Source of the DNA: Nitrosopumilaceae archaeon
GTDB lineage: Archaea > Thermoproteota > Nitrososphaeria > Nitrososphaerales > Nitrosopumilaceae
Direction: 5' to 3'
Length of the DNA stretch: 64,000 nucleotides
Assembly (NCBI GenBank): GCA_965214835.1
Contig: CBDCCK010000002.1
Coordinates: forward strand, 1,920,001 to 1,984,000
This document shows, piece after piece, positions 1-9,412 of the stretch (its first letter is position 1; each line of letters opens with the position of its first letter). The position numbers and the translations under genes are program-made. The notes under the pieces were generated by a model, which was given only the letters and a program-made list of their open reading frames with translations, did no database searches and had not been told where the DNA came from.

Positions 1-1769
1 GTCCACCCGGGCGGGTTCCACACCGTCACCTCCATACTGCTACTGAAATGTCGGTGGAACTTGGATGGTATCGGCGTGTCTGGTTTTGAGGGACCCTGAA
101 ACTCGATTACCCTATCACTGCCATCGTATATGTCAACATACCGCTGTGACCAGTCCGTTTCCGGAGACGCCGTCGCATTGCCCCCATCACCACCGCCGGT
201 CTCCAGCACGTTCCTATGAAACTTGACCCTGTCGACAGAGTCGATCATTACGATCTTGTTGGTTTTGTGCGGACGCGTGTCGTACAGGTCATATCTGTCC
301 AAGCTTGAATGGGTAATATTGTAGCCGTGCAGCCGCCATGATTCGTTAATCAGCCACATGATTATTTCCGCGTCGGAGCCGGCATAGTTTTGCAGCGCAA
401 AGAACAGTGCGCTAGGATAGGCAGACATCGTGTCCCAATGCACAAACACTCCCGACGTGGACAGGCCGAGCGCCGCGACGGCAAGCAAGGCAGCCAGCAA
501 CAGCGTGCGCTGCCTCCCCGGATCCTGTATTCTGGCTGATGCCCTTTCAATCCCTGCGCCGATCAGTGCGGCGGCGGCAATGCACATCACAGTCCACAAC
601 ATCCCCAGATGGTAGAGGTACGTCACGAACCCGATTGATCCAAAGAACAGCAGGACGGGTGCGGCCCACAGCAGCAGAAACCTGTTGCGTGAGGCCACCG
701 CAAAGGCCAGTCCTGCTGTGCCCAGCGATACCATGACCGGATCCATCTCGAACAGCAGTATCGTGGCCACCAGCATGATCGCAGGACGGGTCAGTATGTC
801 AGGATCCTGGTCATATACGAGGGCGATCGACGTGTATTGCTGCAGCAGATCCAGCTTGGACTGACTGCCCCTGTCTGTGTGCCACAGGACGCCGTCCACC
901 CACCCGTCAAAATCACCTGCCAGTGCCGCAGAGGCGGGCCAGGCTGCCGCAATCAGGATTGCGGGCACAAGCCACAGCAGTACGCGCCCCGGCCTCCTGC
1001 CGGCCGACCAGACCAGAGCGAGGACAAGCGGGATCATGACAAGCGAGGGAACCTTGACAAGCATGGCGCATCCCATGCAGACACCAGACAGGATAATCAG
1101 CAGGCGGATCCTGTCCGGGCCAGGTTGCAGCGACGCACCCCTCTGAGACGGGCCGTCCTTCGGGTTAGGACCGCGCGCGTGCATGGCAAGCAGAACGGAA
1201 GAGAGGACAAATGGGAGGAGGATCGAGTCCAGCAGAACCAGTCTGAGCGTCATCGATACGGGCATCGCCGCGAACAGGATCGCCGCAATTGGTGCGATCC
1301 TGCGCCCAAAGCCCCTCTCGACTATCTTGTATATCAGAAAGGTGTCTAGGACGGCAAGCAGGCCCATGAGGATGCGTGGTGCCCCGTAAAGCATCCCAAG
1401 CGAGGACGCCTCCTCCGGTGTCACAAGGAAGTCAGGGTATCCCGTGGCATGCAGGAATCCGGCCAGCATCGTGATAGAAGAGATGTCATGATACTCATGT
1501 GGATAGGCCGATCCCGTGGCATGCAGGAATCCGGCCAGCATCGTCCAGCCAAGGAACGGATGGTCGTGATTGTAGGGCAGTATCCTGTGATCCAGTACGT
1601 CCAGGGCCCGTCCTATGTAGGTTGACTCGTCTGGGTGCCACGACGGAAACCCTGCCGTGTTCCACATGTGCGTGTATGCAGAAAGCGCCAGTATTGCTAC
1701 AAGCAGGAGGAGTGGCCCGTGCCCCGACAGGCGCCCCGTGCGAATGGTGGTACGTCCGAGGCCAAGCAT
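1..1769 (-). CDS. GT39/ArnT-like membrane glycosyltransferase, 3' part outside window (copy of 44813-47320)
   Basis: Sequence matches 45552-47320 at offset 45551; N-terminal AYTHMWNTAGFPSWHPDESTY motif and many TM helices. Confidence 0.85.
   Translation of the reverse strand, partial: MLGLGRTTIRTGRLSGHGPLLLLVAILALSAYTHMWNTAGFPSWHPDESTYIGRALDVLDHRILPYNHDHPFLGWTMLAGFLHATGSAYPHEYHDISSITMLAGFLHATGYPDFLVTPEEASSLGMLYGAPRILMGLLAVLDTFLIYKIVERGFGRRIAPIAAILFAAMPVSMTLRLVLLDSILLPFVLSSVLLAMHARGPNPKDGPSQRGASLQPGPDRIRLLIILSGVCMGCAMLVKVPSLVMIPLVLALVWSAGRRPGRVLLWLVPAILIAAAWPASAALAGDFDGWVDGVLWHTDRGSQSKLDLLQQYTSIALVYDQDPDILTRPAIMLVATILLFEMDPVMVSLGTAGLAFAVASRNRFLLLWAAPVLLFFGSIGFVTYLYHLGMLWTVMCIAAAALIGAGIERASARIQDPGRQRTLLLAALLAVAALGLSTSGVFVHWDTMSAYPSALFFALQNYAGSDAEIIMWLINESWRLHGYNITHSSLDRYDLYDTRPHKTNKIVMIDSVDRVKFHRNVLETGGGDGGNATASPETDWSQRYVDIYDGSDRVIEFQGPSKPDTPIPSKFHRHFSSSMEVTVWNPPGW
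1439..1544. repeat. In-frame 34-bp direct repeat with 72-bp period inside the GT39 gene
   Basis: atcccgtggcatgcaggaatccggccagcatcgt at 1439 and 1511; protein shows TMLAGFLHATG twice; absent from paralog at 56128. Confidence 0.9.
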
Positions 1770-1854
1770 GGGCTATCCTCACCCGTCATCCAAATAACTG
1801 TTCGGAGGGAATTATTTTGTTGCATAACCCTGCCTGAAATTTGGAATTTGGTCG

Positions 1855-1957
1855 AAAATCGTACAACATCAGGTTCTACGTAAAATCAGGCGTGAACAGG
1901 AAATTTGGATGAATACTTTACGTCTAGAAAGTTGAGGATCTGATGTTGTACGATTTT
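1855..1957. repeat. 18-bp perfect inverted repeat between IS-end remnants (also at 47406-47508)
   Basis: aaaatcgtacaacatcag (1855-1872) / ctgatgttgtacgatttt (1940-1957); flanked by tttgttgcataac (1816) and gattacgcaaagtcta (1971), both IS-end-like motifs seen elsewhere in the window. Confidence 0.75.
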
Positions 1958-2022
1958 TTTGATCTGTACTGATTACGCAAAGTCTATTGAAAATTACATG
2001 ATGGTTTGAAGCAAGGAGGTGA

Positions 2023-2940
2023 TCATAGCGTCAAGTTTCGGAGTTGCTGGATCCATTTGCGCTGTATCTTTTTGTAGGTCGGGCCGGCAATTGAGAAGAT
2101 TATCTTCTGCTCCTTTAGTGGCATCTTCCCATCGTAGAGTCTGATGGCGTCCGGATCTATTGAGCGATACGGATCTGTGTCTCCTATGGCGTACCCGTTC
2201 TCGTCAACGTATTTGTGCTCCATCAGGTGATGGTTCAGCATCTTGGTGTCAAACGGGATTTTCAGGAACCTGCATATGTGTCTGATGTTTCTTTCCGGCG
2301 AGGTACACAGATCTTCGTACAGGATCAGACGGAGTTTGTAGCCCATCTCGTCATACCGGAAGAAGGATTCGGTCTTTATCTTCCAGTACAACGCCACCTT
2401 TGCTGCAAACGAGAACTCGCCGGCATTTTTTATTATGGACAGGTCTCCAGCGTACTTTTCATTGAAGCCAGGAATTGTCTCGGGGTAGAGGGAATCCACA
2501 TATCCTTCCCATGAGTTGGCCCAAGATGAGTATCGTGGGTTTGTCTTTAGCCTCTTCAGGGAAAGGCACACGTCCCTGGGATCCCTGACTAGGAACAAGA
2601 CAAGATGGTTGTTGTACCTGAACGGAAATGGAAACTTGTGGTAGCTTATGTCCCTTGCCACCCCGTCTGTATTGTCAAACTGCTCTGTCAGACAGGGGCA
2701 CTTGAAGGCCAGAACTCTTTTTCCCAGACTTTTCTGCTCGCGAAGCTCCCCTTCGAGCACCGTCTCATCTGCAAAGTAATCATAGGAGGTCGGCTCGTCA
2801 TGGCAGCTGATCCCGCTGTGGCACTCGAGAATAAGATGCATCAGCGTTGTTCCAGAGCGCTGGCATCCCACAATGAGGCAGATGTCAGAGTGCTCGTCGA
2901 CCAGCCGGTCAAACAAACGCGATCTGTTGACATCGGCCAC
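2023..2940 (-). CDS. PAPS-dependent sulfotransferase
   Basis: 5'-PSB loop GCQRSGTT, 3'-PB motif RDPRDVCLS, YEDL motif; paralog of the middle domain of 5044-7824. Confidence 0.85.
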   Translation of the reverse strand: MADVNRSRLFDRLVDEHSDICLIVGCQRSGTTLMHLILECHSGISCHDEPTSYDYFADETVLEGELREQKSLGKRVLAFKCPCLTEQFDNTDGVARDISYHKFPFPFRYNNHLVLFLVRDPRDVCLSLKRLKTNPRYSSWANSWEGYVDSLYPETIPGFNEKYAGDLSIIKNAGEFSFAAKVALYWKIKTESFFRYDEMGYKLRLILYEDLCTSPERNIRHICRFLKIPFDTKMLNHHLMEHKYVDENGYAIGDTDPYRSIDPDAIRLYDGKMPLKEQKIIFSIAGPTYKKIQRKWIQQLRNLTL

Positions 2941-3099
2941 CTCGCTGGGCAGGGGGAACTGATCCCAGTTGACGGATGCGTTTATCCGGTCCCCCTCCCA
3001 AGCTTGAAGACAGCATCTCCCCTAGCACAATCAAGAGGATGCGGGTCTCCCCGGCACTCTCCCTCGTCCTGTAAACTTTCAATTGTATTGACGGTTTTA

Positions 3100-3536
3100 C
3101 CCGTTGCCCCGCTGTACTGCAATGCCATGTGCGTGCTCCAGCCCTTGTTCTTTAACTCCGTTACTACAGCCACCTTTTGCCTGCCTGCCTCCAAGGTTTT
3201 TTTCAATACCGCGTTGGCCACGGCGTATTCCCCGACTATCTTCTTGAGCGACTCGATCTCTTTTTGCTGCCGCTCCTCTGTTGACTTGTGGCCCCTGCCT
3301 GATAGTGACGCGCGTCCGGCCTGCAAAAAGCGCTCCCTCCACTGATAAAACGTCCTGGGGGAGAGGTTGTGGCGGTGGCACAGCTCTGCCGTCTCGATGC
3401 TGGTGTTGATGTGCTCCATGACTATCCCTATCTTGTCCTGCGTATTCCATATTTTCTTTGTCATATTTGTAATTCGACCTCCTGATTCAAAAAGTGTGCG
3501 AAAAAAAGTGTTCCTATTCTAGCGGGGTCCTCACCA
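3100..3536 (-). mobile_element. IS3-family 5' remnant (IRL, orfA, start of orfB)
   Basis: End ggggtcctcacca at 3536; HTH orfA MTKKIWNTQDKIGIV closely similar to orfA at 18389-18679; orfB breaks off after LQYSGA. Confidence 0.85.
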
Positions 3537-3713
3537 CTTTCTATGTATCGGAGTGACTTTTCCTCCGGTCTTTTACTCATGTTTTTTGATCGGTACAGTC
3601 TAAAATAATCCTTCAAAGTACGCCTGATCTTAGTCGGAATTAATTTTTGTACGACACAAACAGACTGTTACAAAGACATGTTTTATAAAATGTGAGGAGA
3701 ACACCAGCGTACC

Positions 3714-4580
3714 TTGGTTGCTCTGAAAAACATTCTCCCTGCACTGCGCATAAGGAAGGACACCTGCCTGAGTCTGCTGACCGTGTGCATAAAGACGTTC
3801 TGTCGGCCCAGCACGCTTTATGCCACTCTTGACAACATCATTGTCAAGAGCAGGTATCATGATCTGAGCATCCTAGTAGCTGATGACAGCGATGACGATT
3901 ACAAGAAAAAAAACGGGGAGATTGTGCGGCATTTTAGAGGAATAAACAAAAACCTGAGGTTGCTGGAGATGCCGTTTGACGTAGGCCTCTCCAGGGGCAG
4001 AAACCTGCTTGTCGAAAACTGCAAGACAAAGTATGCGCTTATGCTAGACGATTCCAGACACTTCACTAGGGACACCAAGATTGAGAAAATGGTAGATTTT
4101 CTAAGGGAGACGGACTATCATTTGGTGGGCGGGGTCATTCCCGGCAGAGGCAGAATCGACTCTCATTATACCGGCATGTTTGAAAAAATACGCCATGACA
4201 GCAAAAGCAACACGGTCAATATTTGGGTAGATACCATCCTAGAGAGAATCGATTATGACAAGATTCCGGTATTCAAGACGAATGTTACGCTGAATTGCTT
4301 TATTGCAAAAACCGAACTCCTGAGAAGGTGTAGATGGCGCGACGAGCTGAAAACCATGGAGCATGAAAACTTTTTTTTGGACTGGTACAACATGGGCTAC
4401 AGATGCGCAGTCTCATTCCTGTGTCCTTTTGTAGAAAACTCTGCTGAAAGCAGGCAGTATCCGGCAAAATACCGCCACCTCAGATACGACCCTGCAAGAA
4501 ACAACAAGACAGATCTAGGCTCCAGAGGAACCATACCGCTGGTAAACATCAACTATAACAGAGACGCGCTGCACTGCTGA
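3714..4580 (+). CDS. GT-A fold glycosyltransferase, GT2/GT12 (B4GALNT-like)
   Basis: TVCIKTFCRP, ILVADDS, MPFDVGLSRGRN, TKYALMLDD, EHENFF motifs; start uncertain. Confidence 0.8.
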   Translation: MVALKNILPALRIRKDTCLSLLTVCIKTFCRPSTLYATLDNIIVKSRYHDLSILVADDSDDDYKKKNGEIVRHFRGINKNLRLLEMPFDVGLSRGRNLLVENCKTKYALMLDDSRHFTRDTKIEKMVDFLRETDYHLVGGVIPGRGRIDSHYTGMFEKIRHDSKSNTVNIWVDTILERIDYDKIPVFKTNVTLNCFIAKTELLRRCRWRDELKTMEHENFFLDWYNMGYRCAVSFLCPFVENSAESRQYPAKYRHLRYDPARNNKTDLGSRGTIPLVNINYNRDALHC

Positions 4581-4636
4581 GTGTCAGCTGCATGCTGCAT
4601 ACGCATTGTATGCTGCATCTGCACGCCGTGGCGGAG

Positions 4637-4779
4637 CAGGGAGTTGATTCGAAATTAGCAGATTCTGATTATTTGTAAACGGATTTGCACAAAGCAGCTC
4701 AAAACACCAACAAAACACAAATTATTTGTGAAATTACTTGAAAGATTCGTACGGTTTCTAATTTTGGATCACCTCTCTG
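4637..4779 (+). repeat. Repeat family A (143-bp MITE-like element, imperfect 22-bp TIRs), empty allele
   Basis: cagggagttgattcgaaattag ... ctaattttggatcacctctctg; homologs at 20424, 44485, 50188, 55997 (partial), 58516 (partial); no TSD visible. Confidence 0.8.
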
Positions 4780-4838
4780 ATGACATGCCTTAGTACACAC
4801 ATCAAAAATTGGAACATAATTTTGGCATATTGTGCCTA

Positions 4839-4991
4839 TTTTGGCACAAAAATGTTTGATTTTCAACTGTGCGTACTAGTGATCTTCTTGTCCGACATCT
4901 TTCTTGTCATGTCTCTGCCTGATCGGTACAGTCTGAAATGCTCGGCGACCGTACGCCTTATCTTTAGGCGGATCTAATTTTTGTACAAAAC
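4839..4991. repeat. Putative MITE-like repeat upstream of GT genes
   Basis: tgatcggtacagtct...gtacgcct...atttttgtac block shared with 3588-3655; weak terminal IR ttttggcacaaaaat / atttttgtacaaaa. Confidence 0.5.
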
Positions 4992-5043
4992 ACGGCCCCG
5001 GTTTGCGTTATATGTTTATAGAGAACTGCGCATACGGCAAATA

Positions 5044-7824
5044 TTGAAGATTATAGCATACCTGTGCGTGTACAACGAGGAGGACATACTGGAGGAGAAC
5101 GTTCTTTACCACACCGCGCAGCAGGGGGTGGACATAGTCGTAATAGACAACGGATCAACTGACGCAACTGCCGATATAATCAAAAGGCTGGCAGGAGAGA
5201 ACAGGATCCTAGATCATGTCAGGTACACAACAGAAAGATTTTCACTACAGCAGCTGACTAGGGCCGGGTTTGAGCTGGCCAGAAAGCACAATCCGGACTG
5301 GATAATACACCTGGATGCCAGCACGTTTCTTGAGAGCGGTTCCGGATCGGATGTGCCGCTAAGCGAGCAGATACGGAAGGCCGACGAGGCAGGATACAAC
5401 GTCATCAGCCTGGCATCATACGACTTTTACCCGACTGAGAGGGACGATCCGGACGAGTCCAGCGTATTCAAGCGGATGAAGTTCTATGCCAACACAATAT
5501 ACACAAACAGACTACAGGAGAAGATATTCAAGAACCTTGACGGACTGCTGACCCACAATGGACACAAGATCATATTTCCCAAATCCGCCGAAAAGAAGAT
5601 ATCTGACAAAAAGGCAGTCATGCGGCATTACATATTCCGGTCTGCGCCCCACGGCGTAAGAAAGATCCTTGAGAGAAAGAACCGGTGGGATGCCGCCGAG
5701 CGTGCAGACAACCACCACACCCACTATGACGGCTTTCTTGGATTTGAGGAGGAAATCCCGGTTCCATCTAGGCTCCTTGCGTTCAAAGACGAAGAGGGCG
5801 GATGGGACAGCTCGATAACATACAAAGAACCGCCCCCCCTTCCAACCGAAAAGTATGATATCAACAGGTCACATAGGTTTGACAGACTGCCATTCCGACA
5901 TTCTGACTGCTGTTTCATTGTGGGATGTCCGGGTTCGGGAACCTCACTGCTAGGACATATTCTTGAGGGTAATGGCAGTGTCATCTGCTACGGCGAGCCG
6001 GCATGCTACGACTATCTGTCAGATGCGGCCCTGCCTGAGGAGGCCAACAAACAAAAGACTGAAAATGGCGTCCTGGCCTTCGAGTCTGCCGGTATTACAG
6101 AATACCTTGACAGTCCAGACCGGGCTACAGAATATTCCAGAGGCCGCAGGTTTCCTCCCGCGTTTACATATGACGGCCAGCCGGTTTTATTCCTGGTCAG
6201 GGATCCAAGGGACGTATATCTGTACTTGACGGGGCTCAAATCGGATCCCTTACAGCGTGACGCGGCAGAAGCATGGGAGAAATACATAGATGACCTGGCA
6301 GCCGAGGCGAAGGCAAGGGGCGCCGATCCCGGAGGCGGACATCTCGGAAACCTATCTGCATTGAAAAACGCCGGCAAGCTCTCGCTTGCCGCAAAGGCCG
6401 CACTGTATTGGAAGATAAAGACAGAGTCATTCTTCAGATATGACGAGCTGGGCTACAACCTGCATCTTGTCCTGTACGAGGATCTGTGCGTGTCGCCCGA
6501 GAAAAACCTCGAGGATATTTGCAACTTTCTAAAAATCCCGTTTGATTCGCAGATGCTAGAACATGACTCCATCAAGCGTGATGTTGGCAAGGGCGGGGTT
6601 GCAGATGACGCCCATGTGCGGCTCATAATGGATCCGGGAGACGCCATAAAATACAGGGGAAATGTTCCCATAGAGGAACAAAGGACAATCCTCTCGATTG
6701 CCGGCCCGACATACAAGAAGATACAGCACAAATGGATCCAGCAGCTTGGAAAGCCGGACAAGCAGGCCGATGCGTTGGAGGCAGCCAAGTCCTATCTTGC
6801 TGCCAGAGACGAGAGAATACAGGAACTGCAGGAGGATCTTGACGAGAAGAACGTCTGGGCGCTGCGCCTTGACGAGGAGGCGGAGATCAAAGATAAGAAG
6901 ATACGGGAACTTCAAAAGGAGTTGGACGAGAAGAGCGTCTGGGCGCTGCGCCTTGACGAGGAGGCGGAGATCAAAGATAAGAAGATACGGGAACTTCAAA
7001 AGGAGTTGGACGAGAAGAGCGTCTGGGCGCTGCGCCTTGACGAGGAGGCGGAGATCAAAGATAAGAAGATACGGGAACTTCAAAAGGAGTTGGACGAGAA
7101 GAGCGTCTGGGCGCTGCGCCTTGACGAGGAGGCGGAGATCAAAGATAAGAAGATACGGGAACTTCAAAAGGAGTTGGACGAGAAGAGCGTCTGGGCGCTG
7201 CGCCTTGACGAGGAGGCGGAGATCAAAGATAAGAAGATACGGGAACTTCAAAAGGAGTTGGACGAGAAGAGCGTCTGGGCGCTGCGCCTTGACGAGGAGG
7301 CGGAGATCAAAGATAAGAAGATACGGGAACTTCAAAAGGAGTTGGACGAGAAGAGCGTCTGGGCGCTGCGCCTTGACGAGGAGGCGGAGATCAGGGACAG
7401 GGAGGCGGAGATCAAAGATAAGAAGCTGGGTGACCTTCAGAGGGAGTTAGACTCTACCAAAAAGACCATAGAGAACAAAGAGTCAGAGATGGCAGATCTG
7501 CTACAGAAGATGCATGTGCAGAACGACGAATTTGAGGAGATCAGGCAGTCAGTCCTGTTCAAAACTGCATCAGGTCTTGCCAGAAAACTGGACAAGTTGT
7601 TCCCGCAGAATAGCAAAAGGGGCGAGATGTTCAGATTGTCCAAGGCATTGTTTGACATAGTCCAAAACGACGGATATGGGGCCCTTCTGAGAGCCTTTAG
7701 GGAGAAATGGCGCAGCAGATCCGAATCCCCTCCCCCCGAAGACACCAGCATCAGTTATGAAAAGACCAGGCAGCATCCTGATGACGCGTCTGCTGCCGAC
7801 TCTGCAGAGCAGGCAGAGCAGTAG
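5044..7824 (+). CDS. GT2 + sulfotransferase-like + coiled-coil + amphipathic-helix fusion
   Basis: YNEEDIL, VIDNGSTD, DWIIHLDA GT2 motifs; GCPGSGTS and RDPRD; 7 x 28-aa repeats; ORF open from 4981, TTG 5044 is the likelier start. Confidence 0.85.
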   Translation: MKIIAYLCVYNEEDILEENVLYHTAQQGVDIVVIDNGSTDATADIIKRLAGENRILDHVRYTTERFSLQQLTRAGFELARKHNPDWIIHLDASTFLESGSGSDVPLSEQIRKADEAGYNVISLASYDFYPTERDDPDESSVFKRMKFYANTIYTNRLQEKIFKNLDGLLTHNGHKIIFPKSAEKKISDKKAVMRHYIFRSAPHGVRKILERKNRWDAAERADNHHTHYDGFLGFEEEIPVPSRLLAFKDEEGGWDSSITYKEPPPLPTEKYDINRSHRFDRLPFRHSDCCFIVGCPGSGTSLLGHILEGNGSVICYGEPACYDYLSDAALPEEANKQKTENGVLAFESAGITEYLDSPDRATEYSRGRRFPPAFTYDGQPVLFLVRDPRDVYLYLTGLKSDPLQRDAAEAWEKYIDDLAAEAKARGADPGGGHLGNLSALKNAGKLSLAAKAALYWKIKTESFFRYDELGYNLHLVLYEDLCVSPEKNLEDICNFLKIPFDSQMLEHDSIKRDVGKGGVADDAHVRLIMDPGDAIKYRGNVPIEEQRTILSIAGPTYKKIQHKWIQQLGKPDKQADALEAAKSYLAARDERIQELQEDLDEKNVWALRLDEEAEIKDKKIRELQKELDEKSVWALRLDEEAEIKDKKIRELQKELDEKSVWALRLDEEAEIKDKKIRELQKELDEKSVWALRLDEEAEIKDKKIRELQKELDEKSVWALRLDEEAEIKDKKIRELQKELDEKSVWALRLDEEAEIKDKKIRELQKELDEKSVWALRLDEEAEIRDREAEIKDKKLGDLQRELDSTKKTIENKESEMADLLQKMHVQNDEFEEIRQSVLFKTASGLARKLDKLFPQNSKRGEMFRLSKALFDIVQNDGYGALLRAFREKWRSRSESPPPEDTSISYEKTRQHPDDASAADSAEQAEQ
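6841..7425 (+). repeat. 7 x 84-bp tandem repeat (28 aa = 4 heptads) plus a 21-bp extra heptad
   Basis: Units start at 6841, 6925, 7009, 7093, 7177, 7261, 7345; DEKSVWALRLDEEAEIKDKKIRELQKEL. Confidence 0.95.
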
Positions 7825-7956
7825 CAGGCGTCGATCAGGGGGCAGCATCCTGATGACGCGTCTGCTGCCGACTCTGCAGAGCAGGCAGAGCAGTAGCAGG
7901 CGTCGATCAGGGGGCAGCATCCTGATGACGCGTCTGCTGCCGACTCTGCAGAGCAG
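7769..7956 (+). repeat. 72-bp tandem repeat (2.6 units) with an in-frame TAG in each full unit
   Basis: QHPDDASAADSAEQAEQ*QASIRG at 7771, 7843 and partial at 7915; one unit fewer at 53495. Confidence 0.95.
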
Positions 7957-8253
7957 CAACAGCGCACCGCCGCCCTGGCCGAAAAAGTCAGGCGGTATTC
8001 GGAGACTGCCAGACTTGACGACCCCGGGCTGAGCTCAAGAATAATCTGCAACGAGCGCCTCGTCGAGCCTGATGAAGATCTTAGAAAACACATGCAGATC
8101 GGATCGGCGGAAATCCTCACACTTCCAAGAAATCCGAAGGTCAGCATAATCATTCTTACCCTCAACCAAACCGATTATCTCAGAAAGAACCTAGAGTCAA
8201 TAGAGTCAAAGACGACATACAAAAACTATGAGATCATTATTGTCACAAACAAC
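7825..8253 (+). pseudogene. In-frame remnant of a downstream GT2 domain
   Basis: Closely similar to 29275-29553 (LAEKVRRYSET...PKVSII...YEIIIVTNN), then homology stops abruptly. Confidence 0.85.
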
Positions 8254-8254
8254 A

Positions 8255-8603
8255 GAGGTACCAGCTCGGGCTCTGGAAGTTCAGGCATGAGTTTTGCTAC
8301 CTCGGAGAGGCCTCCCGTAGATTCGTACCTGAAATCAGGAGCAGCTTCCAGAGCCCGACCTGTTACGAATATTGTGAGAAAAGGATTCATGACAGAATAG
8401 GGCAAAAAAATTGGAAGATGGGTTTTACTGCAAATATTTGTCACGAGGATCCAAGAGACGTTCCCATGCTTCAGGTTGCGGATTACATAGCAAGTGCAAC
8501 CCAGGGATTCATTGTTCACGGCGATGCGACGTTTTACAACGCGTACAGTAACAAATTGAGCTATCGTGAAAAATTGGACAGCAACGATAAGATAAGATGG
8601 TGA
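8255..8603 (+). pseudogene. 5'-truncated DUF3800-like gene
   Basis: Open frame ending HEDPRDVPMLQVADYIASA, the QxAD motif typical of DUF3800 C-termini. Confidence 0.55.
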
Positions 8604-9412
8604 CTCTCGACCTACTTCTTCCAGCCTGTCCGAACAGACGTCATCGTTTCGGTCAAGATCCTATTGATTGTTCAATAGACTTTACCCACCTGTTTGATAT
8701 TCTCATGTCTGATATTAAAAGTATAAGCATGAGCAGTCTTGCACAGCCCTGATTTCAGGCTGTAGTATACGAAAAGTCGGTCCGCTAGTCATCTGCGTCC
8801 CTCTCCATCCATTTTGGATCCTTCCTCCTGATCGCATCGGTGGCCTCCTTGCTCCCAAACGCCTGAAGCGACGTCTCACAGCTGGTAATGTCAAGCGAAA
8901 AGTGGGGACCTTCTCTCGTTGTATAGCAACGGTCACAAGTAATTGAGGGTCTTGAGCGGCGATCTGTAAATGTACTTGTACATGCAAAGGTGGGCAAACG
9001 ACACCGTCCTGTAATATTCGGATATGGCATGCCGCAGCTCGCTGATTCTTCTGTACACTATCCCCCTGAAAACGACATGCTTGCCCAGGTTCCAGCATTC
9101 TTCCACGACATTGAGGTACGGCGATCCCTTTGGGAGCATTATCAGCCTGACGTCGGGATGGCCCGCCAGATATTCTGCGACGGCAGCAGATCTGTGCACG
9201 CTCCACCTGTCGCAAAAGACTGCAACCTTGCCAAACTTGGCGCGCAGCGCCTCTAGACATTGTATGAACTGCACCGACGTAAAGGATCCCGTAAACGTCT
9301 TGAACAGCTTCCTGCCGTCTTCTGCGATGCTTCCAAACACTGGTGAGGACCCCATAAAATTCGAACCACCCAAATGCGTAGAATTTGTATGTGACAGGAG
9401 GGCATACGGGGC

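Noticed and set aside
4637-4779. Repeat A as an integron attC site
   Set aside because: No RYYYAAC/GTTRRRY ends, orientation relative to genes is inconsistent, and no tyrosine integrase is in the window.
6841-7425. Tandem repeats as a CRISPR array
   Set aside because: No unique spacers, units are in-frame coding heptads, and there are no cas genes; same for 28180-29262.
6556-7450. Long antisense or alternate-frame ORFs over repeats and GC-rich genes
   Set aside because: Shadow ORFs from stop-free repeat units and codon bias; no recognisable motifs.
7822-7896. In-frame TAGs as pyrrolysine read-through
   Set aside because: No pyl genes are seen, the TAGs lie in a non-conserved repeat linker, and the downstream domain is truncated.
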